Shown here: in pieces, positions 11,720 to 23,639 of the stretch
Layout of the letters: the number at the start of each line of letters is the position of its first letter
How positions within the stretch are numbered: the stretch's first letter is position 1
Assembly: GCA_001600815.1 (NCBI GenBank)
Contig: BCKZ01000020.1
Location: 482,617 to 522,359, forward strand
Reading direction: 5' to 3'
Length of the DNA: 39,743 nt
Origin: Alloascoidea hylecoeti
Lineage: Eukaryota
Program-made: the position numbers and the translations under genes
The notes under the pieces: model-generated
Told to the model about the DNA's origin: nothing
The model's input: only the letters and a program-made list of their open reading frames with translations
Databases searched by the model: none

Positions 11720-13077
11720 CTAACTATATATTCCCTGGGTGAGCAGCTGGAACTGGTCATACAGCCTCGTATACATACTTCCCATACTTTTCTGTATCAT
11801 CGACTCAACAAATATATCTACTTCCGAATCGCTTAAAGTTAACTGAAATCTGCTTTGTAATTGTTGACTTGTAGCAGACCCTAAAGCAAAACATGGTAAC
11901 ATTGAGTCTCTTTGCATCAATTCAACCATATTAACAATTCCTTCTGCTGATTTCCGAACTGTTTTAAATCCTTGTTTCATTAAAGCTTTAAAATATTGAA
12001 AATGCTCAGATTCTGATCCACCCATTAAATCCATATATTCATTTGTTAATTTAAATGGCGAAGCTTCAAAACCAACTGATCCAGGAGAATTCGATAAAAA
12101 AAATCCAAAATCAATATGTGTTAAATGTCCTTCATTATCTAATAATATATTACCATTATGACGATCTTTAATTTGTAATAAATAGCATATAATTGAATAA
12201 CCAGCTAATGATTGTATAAAACAATTTAAAGCTTTTAAATATTCTTTTGAATCTGTTTTACCAAATGCAATTTCAAAATGATCTTTTAATGATGCAATTG
12301 TTCCCTTTGGATTATTACCATTTTCAATAGATTGTTGAGTTAAAGCTTTTTTAATTGAATGTATACTTAAACCATTTGTAATTGTTTCAACTAATCCTGT
12401 ATTACCACTTGTTATTAAAATCTTCATATTTTTTAACCATAATTCTAAACCTTCTAATTCCCAACTTTTATGAATTGATTGAATTATTTGACATGCAAAT
12501 GCTTCTTGTCTTAAATCATTACCAGTTTTGAAAATAACAGAATATAATTCCCAATTTTTATAATGCCCATATAAACTTTCTTTCCTAATTCGAGCTTTTT
12601 TAGTTTCCCAATCTTCTCCTAAATATGATCCACCTTTCATACCACCAGTTTTTAAATCATTTTCTAATTTTCGATTACCTGCTTCTCCAGAAATTGTCAT
12701 ATTCTCAATATGTGATACAGTTATATGTCCTTGCATTGATTTCATATTTTTAATAATTTTATTTTTAATTGCTTCAATTTCCGATGCAGGTAATTTTTTT
12801 GGTGCATTATTTGAATCTAATTGTGTTAACATAACTGCTGCTATTCTCATTTGTGTTGCTAATTCTTGAGCATCTGGTGAATTTAAAACATTATTATCTT
12901 GTTGTAATGATTTTGTTTTAGATATTGATGATGATGATGATGATGATGCATCTAAAAATTCACGTAATAATTTATCATCATTTTTTGAATGTGGCAATGA
13001 ATTATTACCTAAATCACCTTCTTTTTCTTCATCTTCTTGTTTTATTATTCCATTATTATTATGAATATGAATATGAA

Positions 13078-13138
<61 letters not shown>

Positions 13139-13238
13139 TGAAATATTTTCAAATTTTGAAGATAATAAATCTTCATTTTCATTTTCATTATCATTATCAT
13201 TATCATTATCATTATCATTAATATCATTTATTATTGAA

Positions 13239-13278
<40 letters not shown>

Positions 13279-14797
13279 GAATTGTTGTATTTCTTGTTGT
13301 AAAACCTAAATCAAATATATAATTTTTACTTTTTAAATTTTCTAAAATTTTTTTATTTTCATCTTTCCATGGTTCAAAATCTCCTTCATCTTTTAAATAT
13401 TCAATTAATAATAAAAATGGTACTCTTTCAGCAGAATTTAAAACTGATACTTCAGCAGGACTAATTCTAACAATTTTATGAAATTTTCCATTTTTAATTC
13501 CATTATTATTTTCTTCAAATGATGATGATGATGATGGTAATAATGTTGGAATATCTATTTCTGAAGGTAAATCTCTATTAAGCATTGCAATTTCTGCTCT
13601 TAATGCAGATTGTCGGGCTTCTTTTGGTACTTGTGATAATCTAGTTGATATTTTTTCTAATGCTAACATGAATTGAGTTTCACATTTAAAATAATGAGAT
13701 TTTAACATTCTAATTCTTGTTATTAATGGTAATAAATTAGGATTTGAATTTGGATTTGAATTTGAATTTAAATTTGAAGTAGAATTTGTAGTTGATCTAC
13801 CAAATGAATGAGAATGACGTTCTTTTTGTTTACCTTTACCTTCAAATTCATAATCAGAATCATTAAAAGGAGAAGTTGGAGAATCTAAAAAATTTAAATT
13901 TCCATCAAATGTTGAATTTGAATTTGAATTTGAATTTGAATTTGAATTTGAATTTAAAATTGAAATTGATTTAGATTTTGGAGTATTTAAATCAGGTAAT
14001 GATAAAGCACCTAAATTATTTGAATAAATATCATTTGTTAAAATATTTGAAGATTTTAAATCTTCTAAAGTTTGAGAAGATAATAATAAACCTTCATCAT
14101 CAGTATCAATACCAGATAAAGTTGGAGTAACAGGAACTGAAGAATCATTATTATTATGATCAATACTATTTAAAGTATTTGATCTTTTTTTTTTATTTAA
14201 TTTTTTACTTGCTAATCTAAATCTAAAAGATCTTTGTTTTTTAGCCTGAGATTTTGCAATTGGTGATATATAATTTGATAATTGTGGTAAACCAAAAGAA
14301 GCAGCAATAACAGAAGATAAAATTAACATTGGTTGTACATTTTCTCTAATTTTATTTTTTCCAATATTTGTTGATGATGGAGATGATGATGAAGATTGAT
14401 ATTCTCCTCCATTAAATATAATATTTTGTAAATTATTTATAATTCTTCTTGAAATTTGAAAACCATATGAAGTAACATCAGCATCTTCAGCTAAATCAAT
14501 TAAATGGGCTTGTAAATGCCAAAAAATTAATAAAGTAAAATGAGTATTTTTTGAGCATAAATCCATTAATAAATCTTCTAAAGCCATTGATTCAGTTTGA
14601 ATTGTAACTATTAATTGACATAATTGTGGAATAAAAAATTCTAGTTCTTGTAATTTGAATTGTTTTAATTTAGAACAAATATAATGATGAATTCCTATAT
14701 TTGAAGCATATCTCTGAAGATAATCGATACATAAGAAGGGAGAACATTGAGGACTATTTAATAATCGAAGAAGAAGAAGATTACCGCTTTCGTCCAT
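11720..14797 (-). CDS. PIK1: Phosphatidylinositol 4-kinase type III beta
   Basis: N-terminal LEFFIPQLCQL, VLNSAERVPFLLLIE, and kinase motifs KTGNDLRQEAFA, QIKDRHNGNIL, HIDFGF; ends YDQFQLLTQGIYS. Confidence 0.96.
13079..13278. repeat. Coding microsatellites (TTA)n and (TCATTA)n giving poly-Asn and Asn-Asp runs in Pik1
   Basis: Direct reading of the trinucleotide and hexanucleotide arrays. Confidence 0.9.
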
Positions 14798-14951
14798 ATC
14801 AAAACAAAAGATAATTTAGTGATATTTTAATGTTTTGGGAGAGATGTCAAAAAGAATATGAGGTGTTCATAACGGATCCGGGTAAGGCACACTCTTCCTT
14901 CACCCACACATCTACAAATACATCTACAGATACAATCAAAAAAATTGTGCG

Positions 14952-15523
14952 ATGGGAGAACAGAAAGAGTACGAAATACGGGAACAGGACCGCTGGTTAC
15001 CCATAGCTAATGGTAAGCATTCCGCCGTGGTCGCGTCAAGCGTTGAACGAAGTGTCTAATAGTTGTAACGATAGTTGCCCGAATAATGAAGCGATCCCTG
15101 CCGGCCACCGCCAAAATCTCCAAAGAGTCCAAAGAGTGCGTGCAGGAGTGTGTTTCCGAGTTCATTTCCTTCATAACATCCGAGGCCTCGGACCACTGCT
15201 CGGCCGACAAAAGAAAAACACTGAACGGGGAAGACATTCTGTTTGCGATGACCAGCCTGGGGTTTGAGAACTACGCCGAGACGTTGAAGATATACCTGGC
15301 CAAGTACCGGGAGAAGGAGCGGCTGGAGGCGGAGAGGAAGCGGGCGAGAGAGCCGCAGGAGACGTCGGAGAACGAGGGCGACGAGCGCGGCGACGAGCAC
15401 GAGGACGAGCGCTCACGTGACGAGGAGCCGGACTCGCCGCACAGCGACGCGCGCGAGGCCAAGAGGAGCAACCAGGGCTACCCCGTGATGGGCTACAACT
15501 ACGAGATGGGCTACGGCATGTAG
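14952..15523 (+). CDS. HAP3: CCAAT-binding factor subunit NF-YB; exons 14952-15012 and 15075-15523
   Basis: Splicing the 62-nt intron 15013-15074 (GTAAGC...TCTAAT...TAG) gives [17 protein letters not shown]...[26 protein letters not shown], the NF-YB histone fold. Confidence 0.95.
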
Positions 15524-15570
15524 CTAACACCCACACGCCCCCGGCTTTACTTTGTAATTAATAATCTGAC

Positions 15571-16678
15571 ATGACTTCCTCCCGCAATCGTACCGTACTC
15601 GCACCAATGGACCGCATGGCACGTGTGTGGATCAGAACGAGGCACCGGCTGGCCCAATTAGGCAGAGCCACACGTGCGCTGGTCTCCCGCAGCGACGCCC
15701 GCAGCGACGCCCGCAGAGACGCCCGCGCCCAGCCCGCCCCCCGCCCCGCCCCCCAAACGGCGACTCCCGCGAGGGCCGCCCCCCCAGACGACGACTCCCG
15801 CGAGGGCCTCCCCCCAGACGACCTCCCCCCAGACGACCTCCCCCCAGACGACGACCTCCCCCCCCCTACCGGCAGGGGCCGCGGGAGAGCCCGTGGGAGA
15901 AACACTGCCTCCGCAGAGACTAATGGCGTCACCACCTCTCTGACCGACCAAATCACCATGCTGTCCCGCCTACTTTCCATCGCTGCCATGGCCACCGTTT
16001 CCACCCTCATTCCAACAACCTCCTACTCCCAGGGCATCAGAATATCCTCGAGCAACACCAGCAACACACCCGAACACGACATCGAAACTTTTGCCGATTT
16101 CATTGCTGGTCTGGCAAATGGTTTGCTACAAAGAGAATTAACTGGTGACACAACTGAACATGAAAGAATGTCTTTTTTCAGAGCTTTCAGGTTTCCTCCT
16201 TTGCATCAAAATTCTGACTCAAATGATAACGAAAATGAATCCAGAATTCCTGTTATTGTTGTCGGTGTAAGATCTGTTGAATCAACTTCTTCAAGAACTT
16301 CTTCAAGAACTTCTTCTTTATCAAATGTTTCAAATATAAGTCTTGATACTGTTACAACTACAAGTCCTTCATCTATCACTTCTATTTCAAATGACAATGA
16401 ACCCATTGAAATTGATTCTATTTCAACTTCAAGTATATTAACTGAAGTTAACAATATTGATTTAAATGGTGAAAGTGATACTTCAACTATAAATAGAATT
16501 CATGAAAATGATCAAAATTTGGAACAAAATGATCAAAATGATCAAAATGACCAAAATTTGGAAGAAGATGATGAAATGGAATTAAATATATCAAGTAATT
16601 TAACTTCACAAGATATTTTACCATTATTTCAAGAATCTCAATCTTTAACAAGACAAAATCATAATAATAATCATTCAC

Positions 16679-16727
<49 letters not shown>

Positions 16728-17745
16728 TACCCAATCCCATTCCCATTCCCAATCAAATAACAGCCACACAAATAACCATATAAATTTACACCATACAACT
16801 CATCATCATCATCAACAACATAATCGTCATTCATCAACAATTAATAATTCAACAACAACAACAAATAATAATATAGGTAGATCATGGATATTATTAATAT
16901 CTGGAAATACCTATCCATTAAATCATCCAATTTTATCATTACCTTCTTTATTAACTGATGATCCAACTTATGATGATTTATTAAATTTACAAGAAATTAT
17001 GGGTGTTGTTGTAAAAGATGTTGTTAATAAATTTGATGTTTGGAAATCTGGTGAGAAATTTATTGTTAAAATTATAAAAAATGATGATATAAATTTATTA
17101 AATGATTTAACAAATGTTAATGATATAATTAGTATTAATGATACAAATAATTTGAATGAAAATGAAAAGATAAAAGAAGGAGAAATTAAACATCAATCAA
17201 CAACTGCAACTGAAACAACAATTATAAAAAAGAAATCAATTCAAGAAAGTACAAATATAAATACAAATATTCCTCCTCCTGTTAATACAAATACAAATAC
17301 AAATACAAATATTCCTCCTCCTGTTAATACAAATACAAATACAAATACAAAAAATTTAAAAGATATTCCTTTAAAAACATTATCAATAACAAATGATGAA
17401 CAATGTAGAATCTGTCTTTCAAATTTTAAAAATAATGAAACAATTCGAAAATTAAATAATTGTAATCATTTTTTTCATTTAAATTGTATTGATGAATGGT
17501 TAATAAATGGTAAAAATTCTTGTCCATTATGTAGAACAAAATGTGTTAATTATGATAGTGATAAGATTGTTAAAAATGAAAATGAAAATGAAACTTCAGA
17601 TGAAAATGAAACTTCAGATGAAAATGAAAATGAAAATGAAAATGATCATAGTGAAACTGCAAATGATACTGGAAATAATAATGAAAATGATGAATTAACT
17701 ATGCATGTACAAAATTCATTTTTAAACACTGATATAACTTATTAA
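15571..17745 (+). CDS. RING-H2 E3 ubiquitin ligase (fungal family resembling S. pombe SPBP4H10.07)
   Basis: C-terminal CRIC...CNHFFHLNCIDEWL..GKNSCPLCR; family-like blocks PVIVVGVRSV and RSW...YPLNHPIL..PSLLTDDPTYDDL. Start codon uncertain. Confidence 0.85.
16678..16730 (+). repeat. (CATACA)n hexanucleotide repeat encoding His-Thr
   Basis: Direct reading; translates as HTHTHTHT in the RING ORF. Confidence 0.9.
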
Positions 17746-18348
17746 TTAATTGAATTAAATGGATTGAAATGGTATGGGGTTTTGTTACGTTATTTTCAAA
17801 ATGATTGAATGATGGATTTGGGATTGCTCCAAGACAGAAAGGAAATATTGGAGAGAAGAAATGAAATTGGAGATTAGCTTGATTATGATTATGATTATGA
17901 TTATTATCATTAAAATTACAATTACAATTACAATTACAATTATATGAAGATACTTTTTTATTATTAAATTAAAGTTTGCATTATTTTATTTTATTCTATT
18001 TTATTTTTATTTCATCGTTATATATCTTATAGAGGTTTTTTTTATCATTATACTTTTTTTGTTATATATTTATTATATATTTATTATTTACACTTTTTTT
18101 ATAACAAATCTCCAAGTTTTAATATGATCAGGTTTATATTGTACTAAATAGATATATTTCTATTATAATTTTTAATTTTTTTTTTCTCCATGTTTGTTTC
18201 TGTTTCTTTGGATTAAATAAAGTTGATACTTATTATGTCTTGCTTGCGATACTGCTGGTTTGGTGTAAGGATGTATGTGTGTAAATAGCTAACGTTAACT
18301 TTGGCGTAATTTGCTCTGCCCCTTCCCCATACCTGTCAATCAATCAAT

Positions 18349-21300
18349 ATGTCCGCTCCATATGTCCCAACGTATATTGGGTGGAAACAGGTTTCCCACT
18401 GGACTCCTGAAGATGAAATGAAACCCGGCGAGGATGACTCAATAGAAGTTGAGTCAACCGTCCTGGAATCTTTGCTACCTGACTCAGCCTATGGAGATTG
18501 GTACCATAATGCTGCTTTTCTAGGTTTATTCCCCTTTTTATCTTTTATTCTTGGAAAATTGGGTGGTGGGTTATCTCTTTTGTTTTTCATCATTGTACCT
18601 GCTGCTGTGTTTTTTAGAACAAGTTTACGTTCATATAGAAGAAAAATTAGAGAAAATATATCTCATGAATTTAGTGTTAAAACAATTGAAAATGATACAG
18701 AAACAATGGATTGGTTTAATGTTTTTTTATCAAAATTATGGCCTTTTTTGGAACCAAGTATAACCAATATTGCTGTTGATAATGTTAATCCAATGATTCC
18801 TCCTTATTTACCAACTTTTATAAATTCCGCTGGTATTGATGAAATTACTCTTGGTTCAAAACCACCAAGAATTGAACATGTTAGAATCTTCCCAAAAACT
18901 GATGATGATGTTGTTGTAATGGATTGGAAATTTAGTTGGTCTCCAAATGATACTGAAGATATTAATTTTAAACAATTAAAAAATCGTGTTAATTTTAGAA
19001 CTAAAATCGTTGCAAAAATTGGAAATTTCTTAAAATTACCAATAATTGTTGAAAATGTTGCATTCCAAGCTGAAGTAAGAATTCGTTTAAGATTTATGGC
19101 TTCTTTTCCTCATGTTCAAACTGTTGATGTTTCACTTTTAAATATTCCTGAAATTGATTATAATTGTAGAATGCTTGGTGGTGATTCCTTATTTTCATGG
19201 GAAGTTAATTCAATTCCTGGTTTACCACATTTAATTAATGATTTAATTCAAATTTATGCTGCTCCAATGTTAATTTCTCCATTTGCTTATCAATTAAATT
19301 TACAACAATTATTATCTGGTGGTAATTTAGATGATTCAATTGGTATTTTAGTTATTACAATTAAAAATGCAACTAATATTAAAAGTCAAGATATTATTGG
19401 TAATACAATGGATCCTTATATTAATATAGGTTATTTAAATCAAAAACCAATTTCAAAAACTAAAATTATTAAAAATACTTCTGAACCAATTTGGAATGAA
19501 ACTAAAAAAATTTTAATTAAAAATTTAGTTGATCCATTAATTTTATCTGTAATTGATTATAATGATTTAAGAAAAGATAAACAAGTTGGTACTGTTACTT
19601 TTGATGTTGCTTCATTAAATACAAATTCTTCACAAACAAATTTACAATATCCAATTTTAATTAATGGTAAATCAAAAGGTTATTTAAATTTTGATGTTAT
19701 TTATTTACCAATTAGTAGTGGTAATACTTTAGATGATGGTACTGTTGAATCACCTGAAGTATTAAATACTGGTATATTAAAACTTAGTATATTTCAAGCA
19801 AAAAATTTTACAAATTCTTCAAAAGTTTCAACTTTTACAGAATTTGAAATTAATGGTAAACAAGCAGGTTCAACCCAAATTATTAAAAATCAATCATCAC
19901 CTCCTTATAATTATAATAAAGAAGTTATAATTACAAATAAACGTAAATCAACTTTAAAATTTAAAGTTAAAGAATCTTCAAATATTGTTGGTTCTGATAT
20001 TTATTCAACTTTAACAACAACAATTGATGATTTATTAGAAGCTTTTCAATCTGGTGAAAATTGGTTCCCATTAAAACCTATTGGAAAAATTCAATTAGGT
20101 GCAACTTGGAAATCAATTGATATGAAAGATATTGGAGAAACTGGTTCTGGTTTTATTGATGCAATTGGTGTATTACGTGTTGAAATTAAAAATTCTAAAA
20201 ATTTAAAAAATTTAGAAACTGTTGGTAAAATTGATCCATATATTAGATTATTATTAAATGGTGTTCAAAGAGGTAGAACTTTAGCAAAAGATGGTACTTT
20301 AAATCCAATATGGAATGAAGTTTTTTATATACCAATTCATTCAATTAATCAAGTTTTAAATCTTGAAGCAATGGATGTTGAAAAATTAGCAAAAGATAGA
20401 AGTTTAGGTTCAATTACTTTAAAATTAAGTGATTTTATTAAAAAATCAAATGATTCAAATGGATTTATTCAATTTCAAGATAAACATGATAGAAAAGGTT
20501 TATTAAGATTTAAAAAAAAGGAACCAAGGGGTACTGTTTTTTATAATTTAGGTTTCTTTCCTGTTTTAAATGTAATGGATCAAGATGAATTAAAAGAAGC
20601 AAATGAAAAAAGATTAAAAAAGAAACAAGAAGCTGAAGCTGAATTTTTAAAAAATCAAAATAATAAATCACCAAAAGGAAATGGAAAAGAAAAAGAAACT
20701 GAAAAAGAAAAAGAAAATAAAAATGAAAAAGATAAAAAAGATGATCAACAAAAAGAAGCTATTTCATTAGTTACAAAAGCACCAAAATTAGAATTATCAA
20801 TTGGTGAAATTCTTTCTTATCCTTCAGGTATATTTGCATTTGTTGCATCTCATGCAAGTTTACCTGGTTCTTCATTATATCTTCAAGTTTATCTTGATGA
20901 TAGTTCTTATCCTTTTTATACATCTGGTCGTATTGATAATAAAGTTTCAAAACTTTCAGATTCAAGAGATGCTTTCATTAGAGAACTTGAATGGTCAAAA
21001 ATAACTTTTAGAATAGTTAAAGAACAAAATGAAAATGCAACAAGTGAAGAATTTTTATCAGAACTTTCAATTCCAACTTTAACATTATTAAAACGTTCAT
21101 ATGATGAACCAATTTCATTACCATTATCATCACCAATTTCTTCAGAATCAAATTCATCAATTGAAATTCAAACAAGATTTACTCCATCTGAATATCATAT
21201 TAATAATTCTGAAAGTGTTTTAAATTCAGGTAATTTAATTGTTGAATTATTATCTGCTGAAAATTTAAATTCTGCTGATAGAAATGGTAAATCTGATCCA

Positions 21301-21804
21301 TATGTTGAATTTCAATTAAATTCTGAAAAAATTTATAAATCTGAAAAAATTAAAAAAACTTTAAATCCAATTTGGAATGATGAAAAATTTACAATTCAAA
21401 TTAATGCTCGTCATAGTGATATTGTTTCAATAATTGTTTGGGATTGGGATATGGGTCCACAAGATGATGATTTATTAGGTAAGGCAACTTTAGATTTAAC
21501 AAAACTTGAACCAAATATGTCAAGGGATGTTGTATTACCTTTAATTCATGATTCAAAACCAGCAGGTACTATAAAACTTCGTCTTAGATTTGAAACTCAA
21601 TATGTTGTACGTTTGAAAAAGACAAAAACATCTGGTTTAGATCATTTAACTAGTACTTTTGTTGTACCAGGTAAAGTCGTTGGTGGTGTTGGTGATATTG
21701 CAACTGGTGGATTAAAAGGAATTGCAAAAGGTGGTTCTAAATTAAAAGGTGCTGTTTTTGGTAAAAAGAAAAAAGGTGAAGATGAAGCTGAACAAGATTA
21801 TTAA
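18349..21804 (+). CDS. Tricalbin (extended-synaptotagmin family; TM hairpin, SMP domain, multiple C2 domains)
   Basis: YIGWKQ and YGDWYHNA N-terminal motifs, hydrophobic hairpin, SMP 'ETMDWFNVFL..TLGSKPPRI', C2 motifs 'KIDPYIR' and 'ADRNGKSDPYV..KKTLNPIWN'. TCB paralog not assignable. Confidence 0.93.
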   Translation: MSAPYVPTYIGWKQVSHWTPEDEMKPGEDDSIEVESTVLESLLPDSAYGDWYHNAAFLGLFPFLSFILGKLGGGLSLLFFIIVPAAVFFRTSLRSYRRKIRENISHEFSVKTIENDTETMDWFNVFLSKLWPFLEPSITNIAVDNVNPMIPPYLPTFINSAGIDEITLGSKPPRIEHVRIFPKTDDDVVVMDWKFSWSPNDTEDINFKQLKNRVNFRTKIVAKIGNFLKLPIIVENVAFQAEVRIRLRFMASFPHVQTVDVSLLNIPEIDYNCRMLGGDSLFSWEVNSIPGLPHLINDLIQIYAAPMLISPFAYQLNLQQLLSGGNLDDSIGILVITIKNATNIKSQDIIGNTMDPYINIGYLNQKPISKTKIIKNTSEPIWNETKKILIKNLVDPLILSVIDYNDLRKDKQVGTVTFDVASLNTNSSQTNLQYPILINGKSKGYLNFDVIYLPISSGNTLDDGTVESPEVLNTGILKLSIFQAKNFTNSSKVSTFTEFEINGKQAGSTQIIKNQSSPPYNYNKEVIITNKRKSTLKFKVKESSNIVGSDIYSTLTTTIDDLLEAFQSGENWFPLKPIGKIQLGATWKSIDMKDIGETGSGFIDAIGVLRVEIKNSKNLKNLETVGKIDPYIRLLLNGVQRGRTLAKDGTLNPIWNEVFYIPIHSINQVLNLEAMDVEKLAKDRSLGSITLKLSDFIKKSNDSNGFIQFQDKHDRKGLLRFKKKEPRGTVFYNLGFFPVLNVMDQDELKEANEKRLKKKQEAEAEFLKNQNNKSPKGNGKEKETEKEKENKNEKDKKDDQQKEAISLVTKAPKLELSIGEILSYPSGIFAFVASHASLPGSSLYLQVYLDDSSYPFYTSGRIDNKVSKLSDSRDAFIRELEWSKITFRIVKEQNENATSEEFLSELSIPTLTLLKRSYDEPISLPLSSPISSESNSSIEIQTRFTPSEYHINNSESVLNSGNLIVELLSAENLNSADRNGKSDPYVEFQLNSEKIYKSEKIKKTLNPIWNDEKFTIQINARHSDIVSIIVWDWDMGPQDDDLLGKATLDLTKLEPNMSRDVVLPLIHDSKPAGTIKLRLRFETQYVVRLKKTKTSGLDHLTSTFVVPGKVVGGVGDIATGGLKGIAKGGSKLKGAVFGKKKKGEDEAEQDY

Positions 21805-22657
21805 ATATATTTCTTTACTCTTTACTCTTTAAGTAAACACTTCATTTTTTTGCTCTTTAAATAAAAGTGTTTGCGTTTTATGATGTTATTTGATTTAAGC
21901 AAATAGGAAAAAGGATTTATGATTTTATAATTTTTAATTATTTTAAATAATTATAAATATAAAAGTTATTGATAAAACGTAAATGTAATTGTTCGTAATT
22001 TTGAAAACTAAATATTAGGGAATTCGAAAGATTTGGCCCCAGGAATTGATTGGCACTTTTTTTGGTCACAAAGTTTCTCACGAATTAATCGCAGTCCCAT
22101 TTATCCAAAAACAAGTAAGTATTTCACTTTAATTTTATATATTTGCTAATGTTACTAGTTATAGCTAGTATTTTTTTTTTTCAAATGGATTCACCACTAC
22201 CATGTCAAATGCCTTTATCTAACCGTTATACCAAAAAGTTAATCAACCAACAATTTCAACCAGATCAGCAATAACTTCAGCGCTTGGACTTTACGATTAA
22301 TAATGCGACATAATTATCAGGTAAACATTCAACATTTGCAATGAGAATGTTGAGAACCCACCTGATAATAGTAATAATAACGCCAATGGAAATGTTGACA
22401 ATTTAGATAATTACCATTTCTATCAACGAGGTGGTGAATTTAGCGCAAAGTACTGTAATCAGTGTAAGGTATGTCTCTAGAGTCCATATATATGACTATC
22501 CGTTATATTACGTGTTTTATTCAGCAAGCAGAATGTTGTATTTTTACCGCCATTTTATAACTTCATCTAATTATAGCTTTAGATCAAAAAAACTGATCAT
22601 ATAATATGAAGATCTGCTTAGTAAGAGGCGCATTAACGTGTTTGTGCAAACATTCGG

Positions 22658-22791
22658 TATATCAGAACCTCCAGATCTTTTTGTTATCCATCGACCATTA
22701 ATCCAGGCATGATTAGGATCGGACTTGTAACTCTTTAATAAATGGAATTAATTTCTTCCATTTTATTAAATTTTCGATCTAATTCCAAAGC
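22658..22791 (-). pseudogene. Duplicated fragment of the acyl-CoA dehydrogenase gene at 28349-30292
   Basis: Aligns colinearly with 29693-29827 (TATATCAGAACCTCCAGATCTTT ... AATTCCAAAGC), with many substitutions and a small indel. Confidence 0.85.
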
Positions 22792-22905
22792 TTTCAAGAT
22801 ATATTTAGCTTTTTTTTATTTTTTACTATATATTAGTTGGAGAGCATATATAATTTTTTAGAAATTTTTATTATTTTATATTTGTTACTTAATTAGAAGA
22901 TAATA

Positions 22906-23432
22906 GCAATTATCAACACCATTTTAAATATCATTTTCGAGAATTATCTAGTTCTTAATTCGTTATCTGAACTTCTCACAATTTCTCGAGTCTCTCGAGG
23001 TTGGAATAGTGAATCTCATCACCTTTGGAAATTTATTTTAAGTCCATCAGATCGCAAAAGATACTTACTCTAGTCAGCAACAGTAATTGAAAGGAAAAGA
23101 ATTAATTCAAGAATACGTGCACCGATTCGCACCGATTCGCACCGATTTCTCCTCCTTAAAAAGTCTCATTGATAATGGTTTAGGTTATAAATTATTTGTT
23201 AAATATGATAGAATTGCCAATAAGACTATGCAAGAATATACAAAAGCCTGCGAAATTCAGACTTTTCATCCCACTAAAGTGTTTGATGACTATTATTCTC
23301 ATAAGCTTAGGGGTAAAGGTAAAGTTTCCCCGACTCATTATCTTTAATCTCAAGCTAGGTAAATTATAACTTAAAAATTTGGACTTATAAATTCATAACT
23401 TTAGATTGTGGAGATTTTATTCTAAGGTATAA
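22906..23432 (+). pseudogene. 5' part of an F-box-like gene disrupted by stops, frameshifts and the LTR insertion
   Basis: Translation from 22906 gives TILNIIFENYL...SELLTISRVSRGWNSESHHLWK, which fits the F-box consensus. Stop at 23071; a 10-bp tandem repeat GCACCGATTC lies near 23119-23147; the last open stretch ...DCGDFILRY ends in the TSD. Confidence 0.6.
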
Positions 23433-23612
23433 TGTTGAACACTTAATACCTCTTCTGGATCTGACATCTTTGAAATGTAGTTATTATCTGTATATTATTG
23501 TATATATATATATCTATTCTATCAAAACAAGTGGAAATGGCTATATAGTAACTACTAAATATCGAGCCCATTTCATAAACTAACCACAACAAACCTTAAT
23601 ATATATCTAACA
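23433..23612 (-). repeat. 3' LTR (180 bp)
   Basis: TGTTG...CTAACA on the + strand; direct repeat of 27066-27238 with several substitutions and indels. Confidence 0.93.
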
Positions 23613-23630
23613 CTCCTTCTTTACCCTACT
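23613..23630 (-). other. Polypurine tract
   Basis: Minus strand AGTAGGGTAAAGAAGGAG immediately precedes the 3' LTR. Confidence 0.85.
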
Positions 23631-23639
23631 TAATAATCA

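Noticed and set aside
12925..13227. Short poly-Met/Tyr/Ile ORFs
   Set aside because: Alternative frames of the PIK1 microsatellites.
15007..16010. Many overlapping alternative ORFs
   Set aside because: Expected by-product of high GC (few stop codons) over HAP3 and the RING gene.
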